The notes below the pieces were generated by a model. That model ran no database searches, was not told the DNA's origin, and saw only the letters and a program-made list of their open reading frames with translations. From NCBI RefSeq assembly GCF_009914755.1, contig NC_060934.1: a stretch of DNA of 64,000 bases; one strand, 5' to 3'. Position numbers and translations under genes: made by a program. Of the stretch, positions 15,220-32,815 are shown in pieces; the first letter of the stretch is position 1, and each line of letters opens with the position of its first letter. This DNA comes from the human T2T-CHM13v2.0 reference genome, Homo sapiens.

Positions 15220-15622
15220 TCAAGCCTGGTGCATGTTTCCCCTGTGTGCATTTCGGTCCAGAACACTGGTGCCTCATGGTGCTTTGAGAAAGATGGCCCA
15301 AAGCTGCCAAAATCTAGACACTGCACCTGCACCTGCCCTGAGATCCATAGAGATGTCAGAAGATGCAGGCTGTCTGGAGTCCCCAGAAAACACCTGGGAA
15401 ATGTCACATTAGTCTGTTGAGAAGGAAAGGTTTGTGTTTTGAATGAGTGAGAACTGCAGCAATAAATAACCTGGCTTTTTACTACCTTGCTTCATAGGGC
15501 AGAATTTCTTTTTTTATTAGAGATTTCAAACATACAGAAAAGTAGAGAGAATGATACAGACACCCCATTATATCCATCATCCAGCTTCAGTGGTTAAGAT
15601 TTTGCCACATTCCTTTCTTCTA

Positions 15623-15967
<345 letters not shown>

Positions 15968-16084
15968 TTACTTATTTTTTTGCTTCATATTTTAAAGCAA
16001 ATCTCAATTGTATCCTTTCATGTTGTAGCATGACATTTAAAAATCACGATTTTTGGATGTAAATACAATACATTAAAACTCCTA

Positions 16085-17215
<1,131 letters not shown>

Positions 17216-17765
17216 TAAAACCACCTAAAAAATTAACAGTGATTTTTGTTAGTATTATTTAATAGCAACCCATATTTAAATTTCCTTGACTGTCTCAGAA
17301 ATGCTCTTTTACCGTTGATCTGTTGGAATCCAATCTGAAGAAGCTCCGTGACTTGTGTGTTGTTTTTATGTTTTCTGAGCCTCTCTTTTTAGCCCTCCAT
17401 CATAGAACATTTGAAATATCTATGTCAGTAGAGAGGGCAGCTCAGGGAACTCCTAGGTACCCATCACTGTGCTTTAATAATTATCAACTAATAACCACTT
17501 TAAAATTGTTTTCAACTTTTCATTTTGAAGTAACTTGACACTCACAAAAAGTTGCAAACGTAGTACAAAATGTTCACGTGTACCGTTCAGCAGCTTCCCC
17601 ATCATCATCGAGCAGTGATAAAACCGGGAAATCAACACTGGCACAAGGCGGTTAGCTAACCTAGAGAGCTTATTCAGACACCACCAGTCATCCCACTCAT
17701 GGCTTTCTGGGGACACGTTGCATGTAGCAGTCATGACCCTAGTGTCCTTTATCTGTGAACTCTGA

Positions 17766-18441
<676 letters not shown>

Positions 18442-18529
18442 TAATAAGTATCTTGTGGGAAAGTTCTTTGACACTATGTAAATATTCTCTTTCTGATCAT
18501 TAGTTCTAATTTTGGCATCTCTTGATAAT

Positions 18530-18829
18530 TCTTTTATTTTTTTATTTTTTGAGACAGAGTTTCACTCCTGTTGCCCAGGCTGGAGTGCAATGGTGCCTGG
18601 GCTCACCACAACCCCCTCCTCCTGGGTTCAAGCAATTCTCCTGCCTCAGCCTCTTGAGTAGCTGGGATTACAGGCATGTGCCACCACGCCCATCTAATTT
18701 TGTGTTTTTAGTAGAGACGGGGTTTCTCCATGTTGGTCAGGCTGGTCTCAAACTCTCAATCTCAGGTGATCCGCCCGCCTCGGCCTCCCAAAGTGCTGGG
18801 ATTACAGGCATGAGCCACCACATCCGGCC
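18530..18829 (-). mobile_element. Alu (AluSp/Sq-like)
   Basis: Reverse Alu consensus. Confidence 0.9.
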
Positions 18830-18911
18830 TTCATTGGTGTATTTTATGTGTGGCCCAAGACATTTCTTCTTCCAGTATGGTGCAGGGAAGCCAAAAGATC
18901 GGACACCCCTG
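18830..18911 (-). mobile_element. MER30-like hAT MITE fragment
   Basis: tattttatgtgtggcccaagaca...agggaagccaaaagat.ggacacccctg matches the recalled MER30 end. Confidence 0.7.
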
Positions 18912-19373
18912 CTCTAGAGGTTTATGACCAAAATACTGTATTTAAAGCTGCTGGGAATAATTCTTTTTTGTGGGTGGTATTCCCCCAAGTGGACGCTCTT
19001 TGAATTCATTTTCATTTTGATGTTTAGGGAATTGGCTTAACATTTACATTTGTTTTGTAGTTATGTAAAACATTTATATGGTTCTAAAATCAAATCCACA
19101 AAGCAAGACATATTCAAAGAAGTCCAACTTCTTTTCCTTCTATTTTGTTTTTACCTGTCTCTGGTAGGTAGCCATGTTTATAAATATTAAAGCTATAAAT
19201 ATTTTATAAATATTATAGCTTTTTTTATTTAAAAAATAAGCAACTATGTATATATTTGTATTCCCCTCATGGGATGAATTTAAGAGACAAATTCTCAAAA
19301 TAATGTGTTTTATATATAGAGAGAAAGGCTAATGCTTTAAGTTTAAAAATCAGTATTTAAAAGTTTATAAGTA

Positions 19374-19699
<326 letters not shown>

Positions 19700-19773
19700 T
19701 CAAACAGCCCCCTTCCCCCGACCCAAAACCCAAACAAAAACAAAACCCTGCCACTGCCTGGAAAATAAGACCT

Positions 19774-20239
<466 letters not shown>

Positions 20240-21429
20240 TTATTTTCACAGTCAGCTTCCTTCACATTTCGAATGAGATACAGCCCACCTCACCGCCGAA
20301 AGAAGACCCCTCATGGGGGTCTGGTGAATCTGGGTTTGTCGTTTTCGGATGCTGGGGCAGTGCGTCTGGGAGGGAGCGGGGCTGTGGATTCCTGGTGGGT
20401 CACCGTGGCTGCTTGAGGCTTTGGTCCCTGCCGCTGCCATCCACCCTGAGCATCTGTGGCCCTGGAGAGCGAAAGACTTGTTTCCTCTGGTGGCTCCGAG
20501 CATATGTGGCAAAGCTGTGTCTTATTTACCTCCCACATCATCATCCTCTCCTACCCTCATATGACATTTCTGCCTGTCCCCTTGACAGTGGAGTAGCAGC
20601 TGCATGTTCCGAACGTCCCCACCCTGCCATTTTCCTAAAATGCTCACTAACGTTATTTGACTCTCAGGATGTGTAGACATTTTAAAGCTGTATTTCAAGA
20701 TAAGGCCATTTCAAATGAACTGTGTCTTATGCACAGGGTAATAATTCTCTGTTCCTGGCTTTTTTATTTTTAATGAAAAATGCCTGCAAGGACCTCTCTT
20801 GCTGCTGAATGCCAGGCTGTGGCAAACCTTAAATTTTTCCAGCTGCTTTAATCAATAAAGTTATCACCAGTCATTTCCCTTGATCACTGCTGCTTCCCGA
20901 GACCCTGACCTGCTTCTTGCTGCTGAGTTTTCAGTCTGCACTCAGAATAGATATAACTCCCCAAATCCAATTTTCATTTTAACCTTTCCTCAGTGGCCTA
21001 GAAATCACAGATTGCTGGTATTATGCTAATAGATTGGAAATTCAAACCTCTTAGAGGCAACCTGGCCCTTTCTAGGATTCAGTAATAAGGCAAAGAATAA
21101 CATACCTTAAAGGTTACTTCTAGAAATATCTAATTCTCACGGTTTAAGCTTCTGAATCAGTGGATGGTTTTATAGCTTCATATGAGCACCCAAGTGATGT
21201 GAAGGTTTTGGCAGTTCTCCATCATCATAAGAAGTTCTGTGGGATGCAAATCCTGCAGGTTTAGTGGAGATTGAGACTGTTCAAACCAGAGCACTTAGTT
21301 ATATGTGACAGCCAAGAACCCTCGCCTGGAGGGGCCCGTTTCACAGGTGAGGAGCCTGAAGCTTAGAGATGAAACACCTTGTCATAGGCGCTTTGCATTC
21401 CCACCATGAGGTTAAGACAGGATTTCTCA

Positions 21430-21730
21430 GGCTGGGCGCAGTTGCTCACACCTGTAATCCCAGCACTTTGGGAGGCCGAGGTGGGTGGATCACGAGCCCA
21501 GGAGTTCGAGACCAGCCTGGGTAACATGGTGAAACCCTGTCTCTACAAAAAAATACAAAAATTAACTGGGCATGGTGGCTGGCACATGCCTGTGGTCCCA
21601 GCTGCTCAGGAAGCTGACGCACGAGATTCGCTTGAATCTGGGAGGCAGGGGTTGCAGTGAGCCAAGATGGTACCACTGTACTCTAGGCTGGACAAGAGAG
21701 TAAGACCTTGTCTCAAAAAAAACAACAAAC
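21430..21730 (+). mobile_element. Alu (AluJ-like)
   Basis: Forward Alu consensus. Confidence 0.9.
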
Positions 21731-21745
21731 CCCCCCCCCACCCCG

Positions 21746-21930
21746 CGGTTTCTCAACCTCGACACTTGGTGTTTTTGGACTGGGTCATTTTGTGGTGAGG
21801 GGATGTCCTATGCATTGTAGGGTGCTAAACAGCATCCCACTGTCCGCCCACTACATGGGACCACCCCCTTCCCAAGCTGTGAAACCAAAATTGTCTGTAG
21901 ACATTGCCAGATGTGCCCTGGGGAGAACCG
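21746..21930 (-). mobile_element. MER20 (hAT-Charlie MITE)
   Basis: ggtttctcaacctcg.cact...tgtcctatgcattgtaggg..cagcatccc...gacattgccagatgt.ccctggg matches recalled MER20. Confidence 0.75.
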
Positions 21931-22107
21931 CAGCATTAAGCGGTATTAAGAGAACGGTTACGGAGAACTCTAGTACTGAACCCAAGATTACTTTGCCAAT
22001 GAGGAGTGAAGCCAGGCACCAAACCATCGTCTTCCAGCCCCATCCAGTGCTCTTTGCCATAGCCCAACTCTCAGGGAGGACCAGCGGTGCAGCAGAATTT
22101 CTTAGGG

Positions 22108-24297
22108 AGGTGGGGAGGGTAGGGAGGATTTCAGGTTGGGGGGTAGGGAAGATTTCAGGTTGGGGGGTAGGGAAGATTTCAAGTGGGGTGGGTAAGGAGG
22201 ATTTCAGGTTGGGGGGTAGGGAAGATTTCAAGTGGGGTGGGTAAGGAGGATTTCAGGTTGGGGGGGTAGGGAGGATTTCAGGTGGGGGGGTAGGGAGGAT
22301 TTCAGGTAGGGGGTAGGGAGGATAGCAGGTGGAGAGGTAGACAGGATTTCAGGTTGGGGGGTAGGGAGGATTTCAGGTTGGGGGGTAGACAGGATTTCAG
22401 GTGGGGGGGTAGGGAGGATTTCAGGTGGGCGGGTAGACAGGATTTCAGGTGAGGGGGGTAGGGAGGATTTCAGGTCGGGGGGTAGACAGGATTTCAGGTG
22501 AGGCGGGTAGGGAGGATTTCAGGTGCAGGGGTAGACAGGATTTCAGGTCGGGGGGTTAGAGAGGATTTCAGGTGGGAGGGTAGGCAGGATTTCAGGTCAG
22601 GGGGATAGACAGGATTTCAGGTGGGGGGATAGGGAAGATTTCAGGTGTGGAGGGTAGACAGGATTTCAGGTGGGGAGTAGGCAGGATTTCAGGTCGGGGG
22701 GGTAGACAGGATTTCAGTTGGGGGGGTAGACAGGATTTCAGGTCGGGGGGTTAGAGAGGATTTCAGGTGGGGGGGTAGGCAGGATTTCAGGTCAGGGGGA
22801 TAGACAGGATTTCAGGTGGGGGGATAGGGAAGATTTCAGGTGTGGAGGGTAGACAGGATTTCAGGTGGGGGGGTAGACAGGATTTCAGTTGGGGGGGTAG
22901 ACAGGATTTCAGTTGGGGGGGTAGGGAGGATTTCAGGTGTGGAGGGTAGACAGGATTTCAGGTGTGGAGGGTAGACAGGATTTCAGGTGGGGGGGTAGGG
23001 AGTATTTCAGGTGGGGGGGTAGGGAGGATTTCAGGTGTGGAGGGTAGACAGGATTTCAGGTGGGGGGGTAGGGAGGATTTCAGGTGTGGAGGGTAGACAG
23101 GATTTCAGGTGGGGGGGTAGGGAGGATTTCAGGTCGGGGGGGTAGGGAGGATTTCAGGTGGGGGGGTAGGGAGGATTTCAGGTGTGGGGGGTAGACAGGA
23201 TTTCAGGTGGGGGGGTAGGGAGGATTTCAGGTGTGGAGGGTAGACAGGATTTCAGGTGGGGGGGTAGGGAGGATTTCAGGTGGGGGGGGTAGGGAGGATT
23301 TCAGGTGTGGGGGGTAGACAGGATTTCAGGTGGGGGGGTAGGGAGGATTTCAGGTGTGGAGGGTAGACAGGATTTCAGGTGGGGGGGTAGGGAGTATTTC
23401 AGGTGGGGGGGTAGGGAGGATTTCAGGTGTGGAGGGTAGACAGGATTTCAGGTGGGGGGGTAGGGAGTATTTCAGGTGGGGGGGTAGGGAGGATTTCAGG
23501 TGTGGAGGGTAGACAGGATTTCAGGTGGGGGGGTAGGGAGTATTTCAGGTGGGGGGGGTAGGGAGGATTTCAGGTGTGGGGGGTAGACAGGATTTCAGGT
23601 GGGGGGGTAGGGAGGATTTCAGGTGTGGAGGGTAGACAGGATTTCAGGTGGGGGGATAGGGAGTATTTCAGGTGGGGGGGGTAGGGAGGATTTCAGGTGT
23701 GGGGGGTAGACAGGATTTCAGGTGGGGGGGTAGGGAGGATTTCAGGTGTGGAGGGTAGACAGGATTTCAGGTGGGGGGGTAGGGAGTATTTCAGGTGGGG
23801 GGGTAGGGAGGATTTCAGGTGTGGAGGGTAGACAGGATTTCAGGTGGGGGGGTAGGGAGTATTTCAGGTGGGGGGGTAGGGAGGATTTCAGGTGTGGAGG
23901 GTAGACAGGATTTCAGGTGGGGGGGTAGGGAGGATTTCAGGTGTGGAGGGTAGACAGGATTTCAGGTGGGGGGGTAGGGAGGATTTCAGGTGTGGAGGGT
24001 AGACAGGATTTCAGGTGGGGGGGTAGGGAGGATTTCAGGTGTGGAGGGTAGACAGGATTTCAGGTGGGGGGGTAGGGAGGATTTCAGGTCGGCGGGGTAG
24101 GGAGGATTTCAGGTGGGGGGGTAGGGAGGATTTCAGGTGTGGAGGGTAGACAGGATTTCAGGTGGGGGGGTAGGGAGGATTTCAGGTCGGTGGGGTAGAC
24201 AGGATTTCAGGTGGGGGGGTAGGGAGGATTTCAGGTGGGGGGGTAGGCAGGATTTCAGGTCGGGGGGGTAGACAGGATTTCAGGTGGGGAGGGTAGG
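22108..24297. repeat. G-rich tandem repeat (likely VNTR), ~90 x 23-25 bp (GGATTTCAGGTGGGGGGGTAGGGA / GGATTTCAGGTGTGGAGGGTAGACA)
   Basis: Continuous array with a near-invariant ATTTCAGGT core. Copy number is estimated from length divided by unit size. Confidence 0.98.
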
Positions 24298-25239
24298 CAT
24301 GAGGCTGCAGTGATCTTCATGGCTCGCACCCTCAGAACTGCCTGTGAAAAATGGCGGTGAGGTTTGCAGGCTTATCCAGAGGCCTGGCCATATAAACTCA
24401 AAGGTGCCCTACCATTTCGTTCCCTGATTCTCAGGGCATCAGTCCTGACTATAGGGGTCTGGGGACAGTCTGTACCCCTAGGGGGAGGCTGGTGAGTGGG
24501 GAGTACATGTCTGTCCACATGGGGGCCACTCCGGCCCAGTTCTTTCTGCTGTGGCCTCCCTCCCCCATGGGTGTTTCCACTGAGGCCTCCCCACGAACTC
24601 TGTTGGCTGAGCCCCACCTCCCAGCCGTGGGCATTTTCTTTGGATTGTCAGTGTGGGGATGACCCTGCTCAACTCCTGACTGGGAGCAGGCTGGCCTGCT
24701 GGGCCGTGCCCACTTCCAGCACTGAAAGAATGGGCCCAGGACGGGGGTCAGCCCTCCTGCAGCCCTGGTTTGAATTGGAAACTCTGTCCACCGATGCCTG
24801 GCACCTGGCACCTAGCCCTGCAGCTGTGGGTCTGAAACTGACGGGAGTTGCAGGAGCTTCCGGCCCTGGCTTTGTCTTTGTGATGTGTCCTAGTCATAAG
24901 GTGCTCTGAGACCTCATGGCTTAGTTTTCCTTCAGAGTTTTTTCTCCCTTGGAGGCTTTTTTTTTTTTTTAAGTAGATTTTATTTTCTTCTCAAAACACA
25001 AGTATTTAAAATATCTGATTATGAAGCAACTCATGCTCATTAAAGGAGCTAAGAAAAATTCAGGAAAGTACAAGAAGAAAAGAAACCACTCATTTCACCA
25101 GCCCAGAATAACACAAATCATGCTTGATCTTGCCAATTTTTTGTGTCTATATATACATTTTTAACACAAAATTGGGATAATCTTGTATCTGCTGTTTGAA
25201 ATCTGAGTTTTCCCCCTTAATATCCTATTGGGGACAATT

Positions 25240-25582
25240 TTTGTTAACTTATATTTTAGGTTCAGGGATACGTGTGCAGGTTTGTGATACAGGTACATTG
25301 TGTGTCTTGGGGGTTTGGTGTGCAGATTATTTTGTCCTCCAGGTCATAAGCCTAGTACCTGTTGGGGTAGTTTTTCAATCCTCACCCTCCTCCCACCCTC
25401 CACCCTCAGGTAGGCCCTGGTATCTGTTGTTGCCCTGTGTCCATGTGTATTCAGTATTTAGCCCCCACTTATAAGTGCAAACACACAGTATTTGGTTTTC
25501 TGTTCCTGCATTAGTTTGCTTAGGATAATGGCCTCCAGTTCCATCCCTGTAGCTGCAAACGACATGACCTTGTTCTTTTTTA
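25240..25582 (-). mobile_element. L1PA/L1PB 3' end
   Basis: ttttaggttcaggg.tac.tgtgcaggtttgt...cccacttataagtg...ttagtttgcttaggataatggcctccag. Confidence 0.85.
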
Positions 25583-28329
25583 GGGGACAGCTGTCTTTGT
25601 GCTTATTGAAGCACTTTAACGAAGCAGTTTTCACAGCTGCATACTATTCCACTGTTCAGACTCCCGTCATATTCTTGACCATTCCCTATTGATGGAGATG
25701 AGGCTGCTTCCAGTTTCGCTCTTGTGCGTAACCCTGATGAACACATCTTGTATGTACATCCTCTTGTACATTTCTAATTATTTGCTCCAAATCCTAGTGG
25801 TGTGGCTGGGAGGCTGTGATGCATGTTGCTTATTTCTGTTTCAGAAAGGTGTGTCCGTTCACCTTCCTGACCTGCTGCGTATACAGATGCTTGTTTCCCC
25901 ACATCCTTACCAACACCATGATTTCTGACTTTTTTTTTTTAAAGTGGTCTTTGAGTTTTGCTGTTAGTCTTGTTCCTTATGAAGGTGTCCGACCACAGTG
26001 GCAATTACTCAGCATTGCACTGTCTCCAGGTCTCTGTGGGAGCCTGGGTTCCTTTGGGGCCTGGATTCAGGGCTCATCCTAGAGTGAGCTGTCATCTCAG
26101 GGCATCTCCCTGGGGGATATGTGCACCCCAGAGCTGCAGTTACAGACACTGAGCTCACTCCACCTTCACCACCCAGCCCTGCTGCTTCCCGCCCTAATCC
26201 TCCTGGCAGAGCCCCTGGATAAGGAAAATATTTGTGAACCACGGAAGCTCTTTGGTGCTGGAATTTTGCACTCCAAAGCATCGCCGCCTGTTAGATGATG
26301 TTTCCCTCCAGCACCTAGGACACTGAAGAGGAGACCAGGGCAGGCAGGCAGATGCGTAAGAGGGAGGATTGACTGCTGTAGCACCCGACCCAGGACACCT
26401 GCCTCTGGGACTGTGGCGCCTCCATCCGGCTCTCTGGATCCTGGGTTCTGGGGGGTCCGACCTTTCATTTTTTTCTCCGCCTCACACCCCACCATGTCGT
26501 GTCTGAAAGGAAGCGAAGCCCAGCCCTGGCAGGTGGAGTATTTTTATTTCCCCTGACAGCGCACCTCCTGACCTCTATCTTCTTGCCAGTGATTTTTTAA
26601 ATCCTAAATGATTTGGCAATAATTGCTCCTCCTTGCGTGATTATTGCCCTTCACCGATAGTAAATCTGGGAATCCCCTGGGGTCCTGAGCGCACTTTGGT
26701 ATGCGGAGCCCACAAGCTGGCCTGGACAGGCATCACTGCTCCAGGCAGCTGTGCACCCAGCCGGCCCTGGCGTCCCGGCCCCCAGCCTCCGCCTCCCTCG
26801 CCGACAGCTTCCCGGGGCTCTGCCTGGAGGCAGCCTCGCTTTATCCCGCAGAACCTCCACGCTGTTCCTGCATGAGAACTCTTCCTCCAAGAGACCACGT
26901 TCCTCTGGTCCTGTCTCCGTGGGCCACATCCACAAATGTTCCAGCCCAGGAAGAACCAAGTCTGTATTCTGGGAGGGAAACCTGTGTGCTGTCTGGTTTT
27001 GTATGTGGGAGGAGCATGCACACAGTTTCATTTTCCCCGGAAGCATGGAGGTGTAGGATGACATGTAATATTTGGAAGACCCATTGCATTTCCAAGGAAC
27101 CTTCTAGCAGGATGGCCCTGGAGTCTCTGGCAGCAGTGGACATGGTCCTGAATTGGAGTGCTGTGAATGTTCACTGCTGACCTCACGGTTTGAAGACAAT
27201 TCCTTGAGAAGGGCAGAGGGGACCCGAATACGGGGGCTCTGGCCGGCCCTGCTGCCAGATGCCAGCAGCCGTGGGGGCTTGCCCGGCCAGCCCTGGCTTT
27301 TCCCAACCCTCAGAGTGCCCCTTGTGCATGCAGCAGACACTGGTGCTGGTCCCATTCCCGGGAGCACGCGGTGCCACTGGCTGTGTCTTGCCTGGCCAGG
27401 TGTTGGTTTGATAGACTCGAAAACCTCATTTGGATTTGGCAGGATTTTCCCTAACATCAGTCATTCTGGAAAAAACACTTTGAATTTTTACCATATCTGG
27501 GTATTTTTACCATATCTGGGTACTTGCCACTAGCTCTATTTACTTCACGTTTCTTAAAATTGATTCATTTTATTACTTAAATAAATGTATTTTAAAAGGA
27601 ACTTTTGATGACTACTATAAATGGAAAACCAGAATCTCTCACTTACCATAATAGATTAATCTAAAAATAAAGACCACATGATTACATTAAAATGTATGTC
27701 CTTGCTCTGCCTGGAGTCAAATAGTATGTCACCCGTGTGCATGACACACTCTGGGAAGCACAGGGGTGGGTGGAGGAAAGATCAGAGAAAATCCGTGGAA
27801 AGTATGAAGTAGAGAGCACCACACCAGGAAGACGTGGTTTTATTTCAGTACCTCATGTCTCGCGGTGGCTTGCGGCTACCAGTAACTGGCAGAATTCTCA
27901 ACATTGTGGCCCTCAGCCACCTCCTCCGAGCTCTCTCTCAGCACCACCATCCGCCGTGGCTTCTCTGAGGGAGGCCCCTCTGGCCTCTGCTTGACTATGA
28001 TACATGTCGAGTCCATGCCGAGTGGCAGAAAAGCTCCGTTTTCAGCTGAAACTACCTCCCTGGCCTCAGGGGGCCTCATTGGCTCTGTCTTTGTACTTTC
28101 TCAATGGCTCCTGATGATTCCTTGGTTATCTGAAGGCCTGTTTGGGAGACGGTTCCCAGGACAGTTGCTTCAGGCTTATATGTGTGTGCTTTCTGGAATT
28201 CACAGCATGGCGTGCCCTGGTGAGTGGTGGGGAGATGGGTAGTGAACACGTGTGGTAGCCCCTGCTGGGCGTGTCCCACCTGTCCTCCATGTCCTACAAC
28301 CTGGTTGGCCCCTTTTGCTTGTCAGAGCA

Positions 28330-28565
28330 AAGCTCAGAACCTCACCTCCTCTGGGAGGCCTTTCCTGACCACCCACAAGCCCAGTAGGTCAGGAGGTCAG
28401 GCCTCACAGCCTCCTGTGTGTTATCCCAGGCCCTGATGATGAGACTGTGGAATTACCTGATTAATGTCTGTCTTTAGCACTTGTCGTGAGCTCCGTAAGT
28501 GCTGGGACTGCATGTGTCTGATTCACACTGTGTGCCCACTGCCTGGCCTGGCACTGGCCTGCGAA
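28330..28565. mobile_element. L2 3' fragment
   Basis: cacctcctctgggaggcctttcctgacc...gtgagctcc..gggactg..tgtctgattcac. Confidence 0.55.
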
Positions 28566-28700
28566 GGCCTAGGGCAAAGGTATCAAGTAACCAGGGCAAG
28601 GGTGCCTGTTGCAGGTCGGGGGCCTCTCTGATGTGGTGAGATAGGGAATTTCCTCAACGAAACATTTCCTCATGTTTCTGTTTCCTTTGTAACATGTTTA

Positions 28701-29390
<690 letters not shown>

Positions 29391-29440
29391 TTATCGGTTA
29401 GCCCCTCTTAGCATCTGAATTCCAGTGAGAAGACATGTAG

Positions 29441-29723
29441 TTTGTTTGTTTGTTTGTTTGTTTGTTTGTTTTAAGACAGAGTTTTGCTCTTCTCGCCCAG
29501 GCTGGAGTGCAATGGTTGCAATCTTGGCTCATTCTCCTGCCTCAGCCTCCCAAGTAGCTGGGATTACAGGCATCCGCCACCATGCCTGGCTAATTTTTTG
29601 TATTTTAATAGAGACGGGTTTCACCATGTTGCCCAGGCTGGTCTGGAACTCCTGGGCTCAAGTGATCTGCCTCCCTCGGCCTCCCACAGTGCTGGAATTA
29701 CAGGCATGAGCCACTGCGCCCAG
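29441..29723 (-). mobile_element. Alu with internal deletion and (TTTG)n tail
   Basis: Reverse Alu consensus. Confidence 0.88.
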
Positions 29724-29754
29724 CTTTTAATCAGATTTTGGAGTAGGGGAGTGA

Positions 29755-30132
<378 letters not shown>

Positions 30133-30679
30133 TAAATTACATATATTTATTTATATTAAAAAAAAAAAAAGAGCATGAGTCCATTTAAGCAATAACACAT
30201 GTTAATGTGGCAAAAGGAGACCCACAAATGACTGACGTTTCAGCCACACTGGCGAGGACTGTATGACTCCCTCCACTCTATGTAGGTGACCAATGGGAAG
30301 TCTTGTTTGCGCCTCATAAGTGTGTCCAGACACAGCCAGCCGTGCCGTAATGCAGAGCACTCAGCTGCTCAAGACACATTTGCTGAGCGTCAACCAAGTG
30401 CCAGTTGTCAACCCAGATTCCTTGTCCTGAAGGAGCTCCTACTTCTGGAAGGGTGGGATGAGCAGAGTCCATTATGCTGCACTATGACACGGGTGGCACC
30501 AGGGTGTGATCCCAGAGTGCTTTGGGAGAGCCACACAACCCAGCCTGGGGGCAGAGGAAAGGTGGTGGTCACCAGAGCTGAGTCCTGAAGGCCTGGGGGG
30601 AATTAGCCAGCAGAGGAGGGAGGTGAGCAGGCAGAAGGTCAGCACGTGCCCACAAGGTAATTTTCTGGTGTTGATGTGT

Positions 30680-32440
<1,761 letters not shown>

Positions 32441-32442
32441 TG

Positions 32443-32815
32443 GTATTAGTCAGCCCAGTCTGTCATACAAAACACCACAGACTGTGTGGATTCAACAGCA
32501 GAAACTTTTTTTCTCACTGTTCTGGAGGCTTGAAGCCTGAGATCAGGGTGCCAGCAAGTCCGGTTTCTGGTGAGGGCTCTCTTCCCAGCTTGTAGATGGC
32601 CGCCTTCTTGCAGTGTCCTCCCATGGCCTCTCCTCTGTGCTTGCATGGAGAGGGCACTCCAGTGCCTCTTCCTCTGGTAAGGACAGCAGTCCCATCAGAT
32701 CAGGGCCCCCTCTGACCTCATTCGCCCTTAAAGAATTACCTCCTTACAGGCCCTGTCTCCAAATACAGTCACGCTGCGGGCTAGTGAATTTGTGGGGGAC
32801 ACACTTGAGTTCACA
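32443..32815. mobile_element. MLT1A-like (MaLR) LTR
   Basis: caccacagactg..ctcactgttctggaggct.gaag.ctgagatcagggtgccagca...ctccaaatacagtcac. Confidence 0.75.

Noticed and set aside
22108-24297. Coding or repeat-translated product, telomeric array, or SVA VNTR
   Set aside because: Nearly every unit has TAG on + and TGA on -, and unit lengths shift frame. The unit is not TTAGGG, and there are no SVA Alu-like or SINE-R flanks.
27484-27521. 19-bp tandem duplication ATTTTTACCATATCTGGGT x2
   Set aside because: Ordinary slippage duplication with no functional hint.
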